Shown: positions 28,245-38,177 of the stretch, piece by piece
Layout: each line of letters starts with the position of its first letter
Position numbering within the stretch: the stretch's first letter is position 1
Source of the DNA: Candidatus Latescibacterota bacterium
GTDB taxonomy: Bacteria; Latescibacterota; UBA2968; UBA8231
DNA length: 64,000 nt
Direction of reading: 5' to 3'
NCBI GenBank assembly: GCA_964291625.2
Contig: OZ220090.1
Coordinates: forward strand, 320,001-384,000
Translations under genes and position numbers: made by a program
Notes under the pieces: model-generated
The model's input: the letters and a program-made list of their open reading frames with translations, nothing else
Told to the model about the DNA's origin: nothing
The model's database searches: none

Positions 28245-29000
28245 ATGAATCTGAAGGAGACGACGGCCCTGGTGACGGGGGGCGGCCGCGGCATCGGCCG
28301 GGCGGTGGCCGGGGCGCTGGCGGAGGCGGGCGCCGCCGTGGTGGTGAACTACCTGTCCGACGAGGACGCGGCGCAGCGGACGGTGGAGGGCATCCGGGAC
28401 TCCGGGGGGCGGGCCTGGGCCGTGCAGGCCGACGTGGCCGATCCCGCCCAGGTGGAGGTCCTGTTCGCCGAGACCCGGCGTCTCCTCGGCGGCCGCCTCG
28501 ACATCCTGGTGAACAACGCCGGCGGCCCGGGTGCGCGCCGGCCGCTGGCGGAGCTGGGCCTGGAGGAGTGGCGGCGCTGCCTGGCGGTGAACCTCGACGG
28601 CGTCTTCCTGTGCACCCGGGCGGCCCTGCCGCTGCTGCCCGACGGCCGCGGCCGCGTCGTCAACGTGACCTCCATCTCGGCGCGCTCCGGCGGCGGCCCC
28701 GGGGGCGCTGCCTACGCCGCCGCCAAGGCCGGGGTCAGCAACTTCACGCGCGCCTGCGCCAAGGAGCTGGCGCCGCGGCGGATCACCGTGAACGGCGTCG
28801 CCCCCGGCGTCATCGACACCGACCTGCACCGGCGGGGCACGCCGGCAAAGGAGCTGGCGGCGGTGACCGCCCAGGTCCCCCTCGGGCGCATCGGCAGCGC
28901 CGGGGAAGCGGCGGCGGCGGTGGTCTTCCTCTGCGGCGAGGAGGCCCGATACATCACCGGAGAGATCCTCGAGGTCAACGGCGGCCTGCGCATGGACTGA
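28245..29000 (+). CDS. Short-chain dehydrogenase/reductase (FabG-like)
   Basis: TGGGRGIG, NNAG, YAAAK, VNGG; GGAGGG RBS. Confidence 0.92.
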   Translation: MNLKETTALVTGGGRGIGRAVAGALAEAGAAVVVNYLSDEDAAQRTVEGIRDSGGRAWAVQADVADPAQVEVLFAETRRLLGGRLDILVNNAGGPGARRPLAELGLEEWRRCLAVNLDGVFLCTRAALPLLPDGRGRVVNVTSISARSGGGPGGAAYAAAKAGVSNFTRACAKELAPRRITVNGVAPGVIDTDLHRRGTPAKELAAVTAQVPLGRIGSAGEAAAAVVFLCGEEARYITGEILEVNGGLRMD

Positions 29001-29001
29001 G

Positions 29002-30948
29002 ATGCTCCCTGGATCACGTCAGTCCTCGGGAGTGACGCCGCGCGCGGTGCTCACCGGCGCGGTGCTGATGGGGGTGATCTGCGCGCTCGGCCCCTGGGCG
29101 GTCCTCATGGTCAAGGGATCGCAGCTCACCGGCGGCGCCATTCCGATCATCGCCGTCCTGTTCCTCTTCGTCATGACCGCCGTGGTCGTGCCGGCTCTCC
29201 GAGCGCTCCACCCCCGGCTGGCCTTCTCCCCCTCCGAGGTGATCACCGTCTACGGGATGATGCTGGTCGGCGCGACCATCATCACCGGTTTCACCGGCCA
29301 CTTCCTGTCGGTCATCACCGGGGCCATGTACTACGCCAGCCCCGAGAACGACTGGAAGGCGCTGTTCGTGGAGCATCAGCATCCCTGGGTGTCGCCCACG
29401 GACCCCAGGGCCGTGCAGTTCCTCTACGAGGGACTTCCCGAGGGCATGCCCCTTCCCTGGTCGGCCTGGGTCCGCACGTTTGCCACGTGGATGCCCTTCA
29501 TGGCCGTTCTCTACTGGGTCGTCTTCTGCCTGGCGGTGCTGCTGCGCGGCCAGTGGATCGAGAACGAGCGGCTGCTCTTTCCGCTCACGAGCCTGCCGCT
29601 GGCCATGACCCGGGACGCGGGCCAGTCCGGGGGCTTCGTCAGCCCCCTGTTGAGAAGCCGGCTGATGTGGCTGGGGTTCGTCGTGCCCTTGTTGCTGCAC
29701 TCCTGGAACTCCCTCTCCGCCTACCACGACGGCATTCAGCGCCTGGCCGTGATCGGTTCCTTCAGCCTCCTCGAAGGAGAGGTGAGGGTGCCCTTTCGCC
29801 TCAACTTTCCGATCATCGGCGTGGGCTACCTGATGTCGCTGGGGGTCTCCTTCAGCATCTGGTTCTTCTACGTCCTGGGCGTGGTGCAGACCTGGGCCTT
29901 CGCGCGCATCGGCCTGGACATCGGCGGCGGCGACGTGTGGAACTCCGGTGGCGGCCCTGCGGCGATCATGCACCAGCAGGCCGGGGCCCTCGTCGTCCTG
30001 GTCGGATTCGTGCTGTGGACGGCGCGGAGGCATCTGGGCGGAATGCTGCGCCAGGCCCTGAACGACAAGGGGGGCCGCGAGGAGGTCGTGGCGCCGCGCA
30101 CCGCGGTCATCGGCCTGCTGGCGGGCGTGGCCGTCCTGGTGGCGTGGCTCAACCTGACCGGGCTCAGCCTCTACGTGGCCGCGCTGCTGGTGCTGGGATC
30201 CCTGATCGTCTACATCGGCGTAGCCCGCATCATCTGCGAGGCCGGCCTCCCCGCGGTGCAGACGCCCATGGTGCCCCAGGCCTTCATCACCCGCGGTTTC
30301 GGACCGGCGGTGCTGGGCCTGCGGAACATGACCGGACTGGGGATGAGCACGGTATGGGTGGGGGCCGGGGGGATCACCACCATCACCAGCGCCATGCTTC
30401 ACACCTTCAAGCTGAAGTCCATGGCGGGAGAGCGGCCCGACCGCCGTCTGCCCTGGATCTTCCTCGCGGCCATCGTCGTCGGGATGGCCGGCTCGATCTG
30501 GGTCACCATGCGCCTGTCGTATGCCTACGGCGGCATCAACATGCACGGGTGGTACTTCGAGGGAGCTCCCCGATGGCCCCTGACCTACATGGCCTCGGTC
30601 TACAACGATCCGGAATCGTCCTTCGCGCCGCGGATGCTGTTCACGGGCCTGGGGGCCAGCTTCATGGCCCTGCTCTTCTTCCTGCGCCAGCGCTTTCCCT
30701 GGTGGCCCCTCCACCCTGTCGGCTATCCCATCGCCACCACCTACCCCATCGTCTCCTACGACTGGTTTGCCCTCTTCATGGCCTGGGCCGCCAAGGGACT
30801 GGTCCTGCGCCACGGCGGTGTGCGGGCCTACCGTTCCCTTGTGCCCTTCTTCCTGGGGCTGATCCTGGGCGAGTTCTTCACCGCCTGCATGTGGGTCTTC
30901 ATCGATGGGGCCTGCGGTGTGGAAGGAAACATGATCTTCAATTCCTGA
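29002..30948 (+). CDS. Polytopic membrane protein, DUF6785/DUF6784 type (putative OPT-related transporter)
   Basis: Many transmembrane segments; YYASPENDW, QWIENERLLFPL, RIICEAG, WWPLHPVGY, PFFLGLILGE. Confidence 0.8.
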   Translation: MLPGSRQSSGVTPRAVLTGAVLMGVICALGPWAVLMVKGSQLTGGAIPIIAVLFLFVMTAVVVPALRALHPRLAFSPSEVITVYGMMLVGATIITGFTGHFLSVITGAMYYASPENDWKALFVEHQHPWVSPTDPRAVQFLYEGLPEGMPLPWSAWVRTFATWMPFMAVLYWVVFCLAVLLRGQWIENERLLFPLTSLPLAMTRDAGQSGGFVSPLLRSRLMWLGFVVPLLLHSWNSLSAYHDGIQRLAVIGSFSLLEGEVRVPFRLNFPIIGVGYLMSLGVSFSIWFFYVLGVVQTWAFARIGLDIGGGDVWNSGGGPAAIMHQQAGALVVLVGFVLWTARRHLGGMLRQALNDKGGREEVVAPRTAVIGLLAGVAVLVAWLNLTGLSLYVAALLVLGSLIVYIGVARIICEAGLPAVQTPMVPQAFITRGFGPAVLGLRNMTGLGMSTVWVGAGGITTITSAMLHTFKLKSMAGERPDRRLPWIFLAAIVVGMAGSIWVTMRLSYAYGGINMHGWYFEGAPRWPLTYMASVYNDPESSFAPRMLFTGLGASFMALLFFLRQRFPWWPLHPVGYPIATTYPIVSYDWFALFMAWAAKGLVLRHGGVRAYRSLVPFFLGLILGEFFTACMWVFIDGACGVEGNMIFNS

Positions 30949-30997
30949 GGCGGCCCCTCCGGGCCGGCGGTCCTCACGGCAACGACGGAGACGAGAG

Positions 30998-32238
30998 ATG
31001 CCCATGCGCGAACGCCCCGACCTGCTGACCGGGGACAGCCCCGAAGGCCTGCGGGTCTTCCAGCTGACCACGGAGGAGTCGCCCTCCTCCCACATCTACA
31101 TGGAGGCGCAGATCTTCACGCCCGACTCGCGGCGGTTCCTCCTCCATCACCCCGCACGGGCCCACGGCGTCGACTTCATGGATCCCGCCCACCGCTACCT
31201 GGTGTGCGATCTCGATTCCGGCGGCGAGCTGACGCCGGTCATCGAGGAGGTGGGCGCCACGGCGCCGTCGGTGTCTCCGGACGGCGGGTTCCTCTACTAC
31301 TTCGTCGACGCCACGACCCCCTGCAAGCCGGGGCGGCTGACCCTCAAGCGGGTCCGCATGGACGGCAGCGGCCGCGAGGAGATCGCCGTCCTCGACGGCG
31401 TCCCCGCCGGCTGGCCGGGGCCGTTCTCGCGGCCGTACTCGCTGTCGACGATCTCCTCCGACGGCGCCCGGCTGGCGATCTCCGGCTTCCTCGGCGACGG
31501 CCGTTCGCAGAACGCGCCCTGGGGGCTGCTGGTCTTCGACGCCGCCTCGGGCGGGGTGGAGCTGATCCTGCAGGGGCCGTCGTGGTGCAACGTCCACGCC
31601 CAGTACTGCCGGTCCACCGACCCCGAGGCCGCGCGCGACATCCTGATCCAGGAGAACCACGGCAACCTCTGCGACGCCACGGGCCGCTGCACGCAACTGG
31701 TGGGCGGCGAGGGCGCCGACGTGCACGTCATCCGCGACGACGGCACCGGGTTCCGCGACCTGCCCTGGGGGCGCGACGGCAACGAGTTCTGCCAGGGACA
31801 CCAGTGCTGGGTCGGCCGCAGCCGGCGCGCCATCACCAGCACCTCCCGGCGCGAGCCCCGCGGCGCCGAGTTGATCGAGGGGAGCGCCGCGCCCCACGCG
31901 GGCCACCTGGGGCTGCGCACGCCGGGAGGGCGGCGCAACGATCTGACCCGCCGCCTCCCGGAGCCCGACTTCTGGCACTTCGCCACCGACATCGCCGGGC
32001 GCCGGCTGATCTCGGACTCCGGCCCCAGGGACGGCGGCGGCGGCCTGTGGCTGGGCCGCCTGCCCGCCGACGGCCTGTCCCGGTCGAGGACTGGACGTGG
32101 CTGCTGAACCCGCGCTCGACGTGGCGCAAGGAGAGCCATATCCACCCCTTCCTGTCGCCGGACGGACGCGCCGGGTTCTTCAACTCCGACGAGAGCGGCG
32201 TCCACCAGTGCTACATGGTGAGGGGCTGGGAAGACTGA
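30998..32238 (+). CDS. Oligogalacturonate lyase/TolB-like beta-propeller (frameshift near 32080)
   Basis: HIYMEAQIFTPDS, HQCW, HIHPFLSPDG..FFNSD. Adding one C at 32079-81 joins 30998-32107 to the frame ending at 32238. Confidence 0.75.
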
Positions 32239-32250
32239 CCCCGGCCGAGC

Positions 32251-33336
32251 TCAGTTGCCGAAGCCCTCGCTGTCGTAGCGGGCGCGGATGCGGCCCTCGT
32301 CCTCGAGGTTGGAGTTGCCGAGGATGGCGACCTCGAGCTGCTCCTTGTTGGACTCGGGGTTGGTGATGGGGCTGGTGTAGGTGAGCAGGTAGAAGCTCCT
32401 CGACAGGTCGGTGATCTCCTTCTGGATCTCGAGGAAGGCCTGCTTCAGCTCGGAGAGGATGTCGGCCTCGAAGAAGCCCATGGTGCGGAAGGTGAGGCGC
32501 CGCAGGGGCCCCCGTTCGAGGTCTTCGGTGTTGAGGGCGGCCACGTAGATCTTCTTGAGCTCGCCGTCGGAGCCGACCATGGCGTCGATGGCGTCCTCGA
32601 CCTTCAGGCTCGGGTCGGCGTTGTGGAAGCCGTCGGTGAAGACCACCAGGCTGCCGTCGACGATCCCGGTGAGGGAGACCCGGTCCTCCCACAGGCCGGC
32701 CACGTCCATGATCGCCCCGTAGAGGTTGGTCGAGGGGATCAGGTCGTCCTCGGGGATCGAGGCCACGGCGCCGGCCAGGACCGCGGGGTCGGAGGTGAAG
32801 TCCTGGATCCGCCGCGTCTCGCTGTCGAAGACGTAGATGGCCATCTCCTGGTTCTCGCTGATGCTCTCCACCAGGAAGGTGACGGCCTCCTTGATCTGCG
32901 GCACCTGGCCGCGCACGCTGGAGCTCATGTCGAGGAGGAGCACCGTGGGGATGGTGAAGGGAATCGCCGAAGTGCTCACCGTGAGGTCGGACTCGACGCC
33001 GACCTTGCGGCCGTTCTCGGCGACGACGAAGTCCGCCTCGCTCAGGCCGGGGACGCCGCGGCCCCCGTCGTCCTTCACCTGCAGCAGGAGGCCCACCTCG
33101 CGCGCCTGCGGATCGACGGAGAGCTCGTACTCGGTGAGGTAGTAGAACCGTTCGGAGTCGTATTCGCAGCTGCCGTCGTCGCTGTTGGCGGAACGCGAGT
33201 AGTTGGTGCCGGCTATGTCGGTGCAGCCGGGAATCTCCGGCTCCTCGGGGATGTCGACGGGGTTCTTGCCGCCGCCCCCGCAGCCGATGGCAAGGGCCGC
33301 TGCCAGGCCTGTCAGGGAGAGCACTCTTCGTGTCAT
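32251..33336 (-). CDS. VWA-domain lipoprotein
   Basis: Lipobox AIGC; GCTD..NY...AN.DDGSC motif; MIDAS LLDMSSS, TNLYGA, FTDG. Confidence 0.85.
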   Translation of the reverse strand: MTRRVLSLTGLAAALAIGCGGGGKNPVDIPEEPEIPGCTDIAGTNYSRSANSDDGSCEYDSERFYYLTEYELSVDPQAREVGLLLQVKDDGGRGVPGLSEADFVVAENGRKVGVESDLTVSTSAIPFTIPTVLLLDMSSSVRGQVPQIKEAVTFLVESISENQEMAIYVFDSETRRIQDFTSDPAVLAGAVASIPEDDLIPSTNLYGAIMDVAGLWEDRVSLTGIVDGSLVVFTDGFHNADPSLKVEDAIDAMVGSDGELKKIYVAALNTEDLERGPLRRLTFRTMGFFEADILSELKQAFLEIQKEITDLSRSFYLLTYTSPITNPESNKEQLEVAILGNSNLEDEGRIRARYDSEGFGN

Positions 33337-33365
33337 CGCTCGGGTTCTTCCACTCCTTCCGCCCT

Positions 33366-33446
33366 TGGATAACCACGTTCCCGCAGAATGTCAAGCAAGG
33401 GGAGGGGGCCCCGAGTCTTGAGCAAGTGCGGGCCCCGGGATAAGAT
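33366..33446. promoter_or_regulatory. Divergent sigma70-like promoters
   Basis: Plus strand TTGAGC(33418)-17 nt-TAAGAT(33441); minus strand TTGACA(33394)-17 nt-TATCCA; lies between divergent genes. Confidence 0.5.
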
Positions 33447-33473
33447 GAAGAGCGCCATGGACAAGACCATCCG

Positions 33474-35420
33474 ATGACGGAGCACCCCCCCCCGGGCACA
33501 GGTCCGGTGCGGGCTCCGCGCACCCTGGTGGCCGGCTCGGCCATGTGCGTGCTCATCGCCGCCTGGGGGCCCTACAACCTTCTCGTGCACCGCGGGTCCT
33601 GCCTGACGATCGACTTCTCCACGGGGGCGGCGATCGCCGTCCTGTTCTTCGCCGTCTTCTTCCTCAACGGCCTGCTGCGCGCCTTCCTCCCGGGGCTGTC
33701 CCTCTCCTCCGGCGAGCTCTCCATCAGCTACCTGATGGCGGCGATCGCCTGCTCGATCTGCACCATGGGGCTGACCCTGCAGCTGGTGCCCCTGGTACCG
33801 GCCATGGACTACCTGGCCTCGCCGGAGAACGAGTGGGCCCGCGACATCCTGCCCTACGTGCCCCACTGGCTGCGGCTGCAGGGGGAAGACGTGATCCTCG
33901 GCTTCTACGAGGGCCTCTCCGAGGGCGAGTCGATCCCGTGGGGGGCCTGGGCGAAGCCGCTGCTGGCGTGGATGCCGGTGATCATCGGCCTCTACCTGGT
34001 CATGATCTCCCTGGCCGTGCTCTTCAGCCGCCAGTGGATCGAGCACGAGCGCCTCGCCTACCCCCTGGCCCAGGTGCCCCTGGTCATGACCTCCCAGGAG
34101 GAGGGCCGGGCCCTGAACGCCTTCTTCCGCAACCCGGTCATGTGGCTGGGCTTCTCCGTGCCCTTCACCAACACCGGCCTGAACGGCCTCCACTTCTACC
34201 ACCACTTCGTGCCGAATTTCTATCTGAACACCCACATCAACCTCTTCCACGACATGCCCGCCCTGTGGTTCAACCTCACCTTCCCGATGATGGGCTTCGC
34301 CTACCTGGTCCATCAGGAGGTGGCCCTGAGCGTCTGGCTGTTCTACCTGGTGGGCTACGCCGTCTCCGGCGTCTTCGCCCAGGTCGGCATCACCCGGAGC
34401 GTGACGCTGGACTACTACGCCCAGGCCGACGGCGGTCCGATCTTCTCCTACGTCCAGTTCGGCGCCCTCATGGCCCTGGTCGGCTATACCCTGTGGACGG
34501 CGCGGGGGCACCTGCGCGGCAGCTGGCGGGAAGCCTGGCGCTCGTCGACCTCCTCGGCCGGGGACGCCATGTCCATGCGCAGCGTCTACGTGCAGCTGAT
34601 CCTGGGGCTGGTGCTGATGACGGGATGGTTCGTCGCCGTGGGCGTGCCTCTCTGGGCGGGAGCGGCCTTCGTCCTGGTGATGACGGCCACCTTCCTGGGG
34701 ATCACCCGCATCCTCTGCGAGGCGGGGCTGGCCCGGACCCGGGCGCAGCTTCCCACGCCCACGGTGCTGCGCTCCATGGCCGGCACCGCCCACCTGGGCC
34801 CGGCCGGGACGATCGGCGTCCTGGGCTACGGGCAGGTCTGGATGAGCGACGTGCGCACCTTCGTCATGGCCGCCACCGCCAACGGCCTCAAGCTGACGGC
34901 CTCGATCCGGGGCAAGGCCCTGGTCCTGGGGAGCACGGTGCTGGCGGTGGTCCTCGCCCTCGTCGCGTCGATCGGGTCGACCCTCTACTTCGCCTACGAG
35001 AGCGGCGCCCACAACGCCAACAGCTGGTTCTTCATCCGCGCCCCCCGGTACATCGTCGACTTCGCCGCCGGGTACGTGCGGGAGCCGGCGGCCGTCGACG
35101 TGGCGGGCATGGGGCTGATGGGGCTGGGCGGGGCGGGCATGCTCGGCCTCTACTGGATCCGCGCCCACTTCATGGGCTTTCCCATCCACCCCCTGGGGCT
35201 CGCCGTCTCGCAGATGGCCCTCACCCGCCACCTGTGGTTCGCCATGTTCGTCGTCTGGCTGCTGAAGGCGGTCATGATCCGCTACGGCGGCCCCCGGCTG
35301 CTGCTGCGGGTGCGGCCCTTCTTCCTCGGCTTCATCCTCGGGGAGTTCGTGGCCCTCGCCACGTGGCTGATGATCGACCTGGCCACGGGGGCCCAGGGCA
35401 ACAGCCTCTACAACGTCTGA
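33474..35420 (+). CDS. Second DUF6785/DUF6784-type polytopic membrane protein
   Basis: YLASPENEW, QWIEHERLAYPL, RILCEAG, PIHPLG, PFFLGFILGE; paralog of 29002-30948 with the same ORF length. Confidence 0.8.
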   Translation: MTEHPPPGTGPVRAPRTLVAGSAMCVLIAAWGPYNLLVHRGSCLTIDFSTGAAIAVLFFAVFFLNGLLRAFLPGLSLSSGELSISYLMAAIACSICTMGLTLQLVPLVPAMDYLASPENEWARDILPYVPHWLRLQGEDVILGFYEGLSEGESIPWGAWAKPLLAWMPVIIGLYLVMISLAVLFSRQWIEHERLAYPLAQVPLVMTSQEEGRALNAFFRNPVMWLGFSVPFTNTGLNGLHFYHHFVPNFYLNTHINLFHDMPALWFNLTFPMMGFAYLVHQEVALSVWLFYLVGYAVSGVFAQVGITRSVTLDYYAQADGGPIFSYVQFGALMALVGYTLWTARGHLRGSWREAWRSSTSSAGDAMSMRSVYVQLILGLVLMTGWFVAVGVPLWAGAAFVLVMTATFLGITRILCEAGLARTRAQLPTPTVLRSMAGTAHLGPAGTIGVLGYGQVWMSDVRTFVMAATANGLKLTASIRGKALVLGSTVLAVVLALVASIGSTLYFAYESGAHNANSWFFIRAPRYIVDFAAGYVREPAAVDVAGMGLMGLGGAGMLGLYWIRAHFMGFPIHPLGLAVSQMALTRHLWFAMFVVWLLKAVMIRYGGPRLLLRVRPFFLGFILGEFVALATWLMIDLATGAQGNSLYNV

Positions 35421-35426
35421 CTCCCC

Positions 35427-36173
35427 TCAGCCCTCCCGTTCCTTCTTCCAGGCCTCGTACTCGGGACGCGCCTCCTCCGACAGGGGGTAATACTTCCTCA
35501 GGTGGCCGCCCTCGAGCAGCCGCAGGCGGCTGAACTCCTCCCACTCGGCGTGGGAGCCGGCGGCCTCCACGAGCTCGGCAGCCAGCTTCGCCGGCACCGC
35601 CACGACCCCGTCGTCGTCGGCGACGATGATGTCCCCGGGCAGGACCAGGCTGTCGTTGAGGGCGATGGGCACGTTCACCGCGTAGGGGAAGATGCTCGTC
35701 TGGGTGTGGAAGTTGGGGGTCACCCCCCGCAGCCACAGGCCCAGGTCGAGGTCCCGCTGCACGATGGGGTAGTCGCGGATGCAGCCGTCGACGACGACGC
35801 CGGCGCCACCGCGGCCCTGGAAGAAGGTGAGCATCATGTTGCCGAAGACGCCGCTCTTCATGTCGCCCCGGGCGTCGACGCAGACCACGTCGCCCGGCTG
35901 CGTGTGGTAGAGCACGTGGCGGTGGAGCTGCGACTCCGGGTCGGCGTACTCGTCCTGGTCGTACACGTCCTCGCGCTGGGGCATGAACTGCAGGGTGAGG
36001 GCCGGGCCGACGACGCTCTTTCCGGGGGTGAAGGGCACGGGCCCGAGGACGTGGGGGTCCTGGATGCCGAGGCGCTTGAGCTCACCGGCGGCGGTGGCCG
36101 AGCCGATCTCCCGGAGCCCGTCGATGATCTCCGGCGGCGGGCGCTCGATGTCGGGGGTGTGGGTGTCGGCCAT
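35427..36173 (-). CDS. RraA/HMG aldolase family protein
   Basis: VGPALTL, GVFGNMM, VVDGCIRD, PGDIIVADDDGVV; GAGGAGG RBS. Confidence 0.88.
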   Translation of the reverse strand: MADTHTPDIERPPPEIIDGLREIGSATAAGELKRLGIQDPHVLGPVPFTPGKSVVGPALTLQFMPQREDVYDQDEYADPESQLHRHVLYHTQPGDVVCVDARGDMKSGVFGNMMLTFFQGRGGAGVVVDGCIRDYPIVQRDLDLGLWLRGVTPNFHTQTSIFPYAVNVPIALNDSLVLPGDIIVADDDGVVAVPAKLAAELVEAAGSHAEWEEFSRLRLLEGGHLRKYYPLSEEARPEYEAWKKEREG

Positions 36174-36321
36174 CTCTTCCTCCTCGCGGTTTCGGTGGGC
36201 CCCTGTCTTTGCCGGCGGGAGAAGGTAGGCAAGAACCCCGGCCCCATGGTGTCCACACTGACGTCCGGTTGACGGCCCCCGCGGCATGACGTTAGCTCCC
36301 TGACCGCCGAAGGCATCCCCC

Positions 36322-38169
36322 ATGAACGAAGCCCTCCTCATCGCCGCCGCCGTCGTCGTCCTCGCCGCGCTCCTCGCCCTGCGCAGACGGCGGGGGAGCG
36401 GCGGCCACCTCGACAGCTCCTACGACGAGTCCGAGGGCGAACGCCGCCTGCACAAGTGGGGATACTCGGACACCCGCTTCGAGTTCGACGGCCCGCGCAG
36501 CGTCCGGGTCACCGGATCCCGCTACCCGCTGGCCGGGTACAGCCTGCCGTTCTTCGTGCCCTTCGCCGAGGAGGTTCTCGGCGTGCCGATCACGCCCGGG
36601 GAGATGGTGCCCGAAGTGGAGCGCGGGCCCCTGCCGCCGGGGCGCCCCTGCGAGGCCTTCCTCGACGCCTGCCGGCAGCGCCTCGGCGAGGACCGCACCG
36701 CCACCGACGACGAGACCCGCCTCACCCACAGCCACGGCCAGCTCAGCGTCGACGAGATCTACCGCCTCCTCTACATCGGCAGCCTGCCGCGGGTGGCCGA
36801 CCTCGTGGTCTTTCCCGAGAGCGAGGAGGAGGCGCGCCGACTCGTGAGCCTGGCGGCGGAGCACGGCGTCTGCCTGGTGCCCTACGGGGGCGGCACCAAC
36901 GTCAGCGGCGCCCTCTCCCTGCCGCCGTCGGAGGAGCGCCCCATCGCCTCCGTCGACATGAGCCGCATGAACCGCATCCTGTGGCTGGACGAGGACAACC
37001 TGCAGGCCTGCGTCGAGGCGGGGATCACCGGCAAGGAGCTGGAGCGCCTCCTCGGGGAGCGCGGCTACACCACGGGCCACGACCCCGACAGCGTCGAGCT
37101 CTCCACCCTGGGGGGCTGGATCGCCACCAACGCCAGCGGCATGAAGAAGAACCGCTACGGCAACATCGAGGACATCGTCGTCGAGGCGACCCTGGCGACG
37201 CCGGCGGGGGAGGTCGAGTCCCGCCGCCCCACGCCGCGCAACTCCACCGGGGTGGCGCCGCGCCTCTGGCTCTTCGGCTGCGAGGGCAACCTCGGCCTGA
37301 TCACCAAGGCGGTGATCAAGATCCACCCGCGGCCCGAAGCGCGGGAGTACGGCTCCCTGGTCTTCCCCTCCCTCGACCACGGGGTCCGCTACCTGAAAGC
37401 CCTGCGCCGCGAGGGGGGCCTGCCGGCGAGCATCCGCCTGGTGAACAACACCGAGTTCCGCTTCGGTCAGGCCCTGAAGCCGGCGCCCTCGGCCGTGACC
37501 CGCGTCAAGACGGCGGTGCAGCGCTTCGTCCTGGCGCGGGTGAAGGGCTTCGACCTGCGAAGCCTGGCGGCGTGCACCATCGTCATGGAGGGCACCCGCC
37601 GCGAGCTGGCCTGGCAGAAGCGCATCATCTTCTCCCTGGCCAAGGGCTTCGGCGGCGTCAGCGGCGGCGCCCACAACGGCCGGCGCGGCTACATGCTCAC
37701 CTTCGCCATCGCCTACATCCGCGACTTCCTCAACCAGTTCCACATCATGGGCGAGACCTTCGAGACCTCGGTGCCCTGGGACCGCATCCATGACGTGACC
37801 GGCGCCGTCGAGGAGAAGCTCGCCGAGCAGTGCCGCAGCCACGGCGTGCGGGGGACGCCCTACCTGTCCTACCGCATCACCCAGACCTATCACACCGGGG
37901 TGTGCATCTACTTCACCATGGGCTTCAGCGGCAAGGACCTGGAGGCGCCCGACCGCGTCTACCACGACGTGGAGGCGAGTCTGCGGCAGGCGATCCTCGA
38001 CCACGGCGGCTCCCTGTCCCACCACCACGGCGTCGGCAAGATCCGCGCCGCCTTCCTGCCGGAGGTGCAGACCGAGGCCAGCCTGAAGATCCTGCGCGAG
38101 ACCAAGCGGGCCATGGACCCGGACGACGTCTTCGGCATCGCCAACGGCGCCCTCGCCGCCGACCGCTGA
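36322..38169 (+). CDS. Alkyl-dihydroxyacetonephosphate synthase-like FAD oxidoreductase with N-terminal membrane anchor
   Basis: WGYSDTRF, PYGGGTNV, GHDPDSVELSTLGGWIAT.ASGMKKNRYGNIED, ETSVPW, TQTY...CIYF, SLSHHHGVGK. Confidence 0.88.
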   Translation: MNEALLIAAAVVVLAALLALRRRRGSGGHLDSSYDESEGERRLHKWGYSDTRFEFDGPRSVRVTGSRYPLAGYSLPFFVPFAEEVLGVPITPGEMVPEVERGPLPPGRPCEAFLDACRQRLGEDRTATDDETRLTHSHGQLSVDEIYRLLYIGSLPRVADLVVFPESEEEARRLVSLAAEHGVCLVPYGGGTNVSGALSLPPSEERPIASVDMSRMNRILWLDEDNLQACVEAGITGKELERLLGERGYTTGHDPDSVELSTLGGWIATNASGMKKNRYGNIEDIVVEATLATPAGEVESRRPTPRNSTGVAPRLWLFGCEGNLGLITKAVIKIHPRPEAREYGSLVFPSLDHGVRYLKALRREGGLPASIRLVNNTEFRFGQALKPAPSAVTRVKTAVQRFVLARVKGFDLRSLAACTIVMEGTRRELAWQKRIIFSLAKGFGGVSGGAHNGRRGYMLTFAIAYIRDFLNQFHIMGETFETSVPWDRIHDVTGAVEEKLAEQCRSHGVRGTPYLSYRITQTYHTGVCIYFTMGFSGKDLEAPDRVYHDVEASLRQAILDHGGSLSHHHGVGKIRAAFLPEVQTEASLKILRETKRAMDPDDVFGIANGALAADR

Positions 38170-38177
38170 GCCGCCCG

